Assembly (NCBI RefSeq): GCF_032191835.1
Contig: NC_083224.1
Span: 22,568,001 to 22,632,000 of the forward strand
DNA length: 64,000 nt
Direction of reading: 5' to 3'
Source of the DNA: Heteronotia binoei
Taxonomy: Eukaryota
Below are positions 63,511 to 64,000 of the stretch, piece after piece. Position 1 is the first letter of the stretch, and every line of letters begins with the position of its first letter. The notes under the pieces were generated by a model, which saw only the letters and a list, made by a program, of their open reading frames with translations, searched no databases and was not told the DNA's origin. The position numbers and the translations under genes were made by a program.

Positions 63511-64000
63511 GTAAGGGGGCCTCCTGCCCAGAGGGGATTGGGGCACTTGTTAGGCATAAGGTTCAGGACAGGAGAAAAGGGAGATACTTCTGAAGACTAT
63601 GTAGAATAGAGTTTTGGGAAATAGTGCCATATGATGTCATGGTGGCCACTCCACTTTAAGGGGAAGTATACAAATTCACAGAGAGCAATTCTGTTCTTAT
63701 TTATATCAATGGAAATATACATATCTCGCTATCCTTCCATTAGAAAGACTCCTTCCTTCCATTGGAAGGACTCAACGTGGCTCAAAAAAAAAAGGAAGAC
63801 AAATCTGGGTGCAGCTGTGAGCCAAGGTGAATAAATGGAACCTCCATGTTCTCCTGACCAGCATGGCCCAGACTTAACCAAGGTCATCATATCTCAGAAG
63901 CTAAGAACGTGGAAGCAAAGTGCTCTGAGGCAGAAGGAGCTCCGTCAGAGGAAGGTCAGAGGGCGCAGGCCTAGCAGCGTGCCGAAGATGCCCTGTCAAG

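Overview
Vertebrate genomic DNA. A squamate, probably a gecko, is inferred from the repeat content (Squam3-like and Sauria SINEs, BovB-type RTE, CR1, L2, Penelope-like elements). The window holds a head-to-tail (+ strand) tandem cluster of four paralogous SCAN-KRAB-C2H2 zinc-finger genes. Genes A (~3.2-14.6 kb), B (~17.9-31.7 kb) and C (~35-46.3 kb) are complete; gene D (~51.5 kb onward) runs off the window after its second coding exon. Each unit has a GC-rich promoter block, a SCAN exon with 423 coding nt, two small linker exons, a 127-nt KRAB-A exon, 0-2 acidic cassette exons and one long zinc-finger exon. I derived the exon boundaries by eye from GT/AG sites, phase and paralog comparison, without transcript data. 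The N-terminal domains are very similar, but the finger arrays differ in length and base-contact residues and show block duplication, finger fusion and nonsense trimming. A full-length 6.7-kb L1 with a 14-bp TSD, one in-frame stop in ORF2 and a ~1.46-kb inter-ORF spacer lies antisense in the promoter-proximal region of gene D. Penelope-derived hammerhead-ribozyme motifs are scattered through the introns; one at 61167-61217 (-) looks nearly intact. No CRISPR array, rRNA or true tRNA gene was found.
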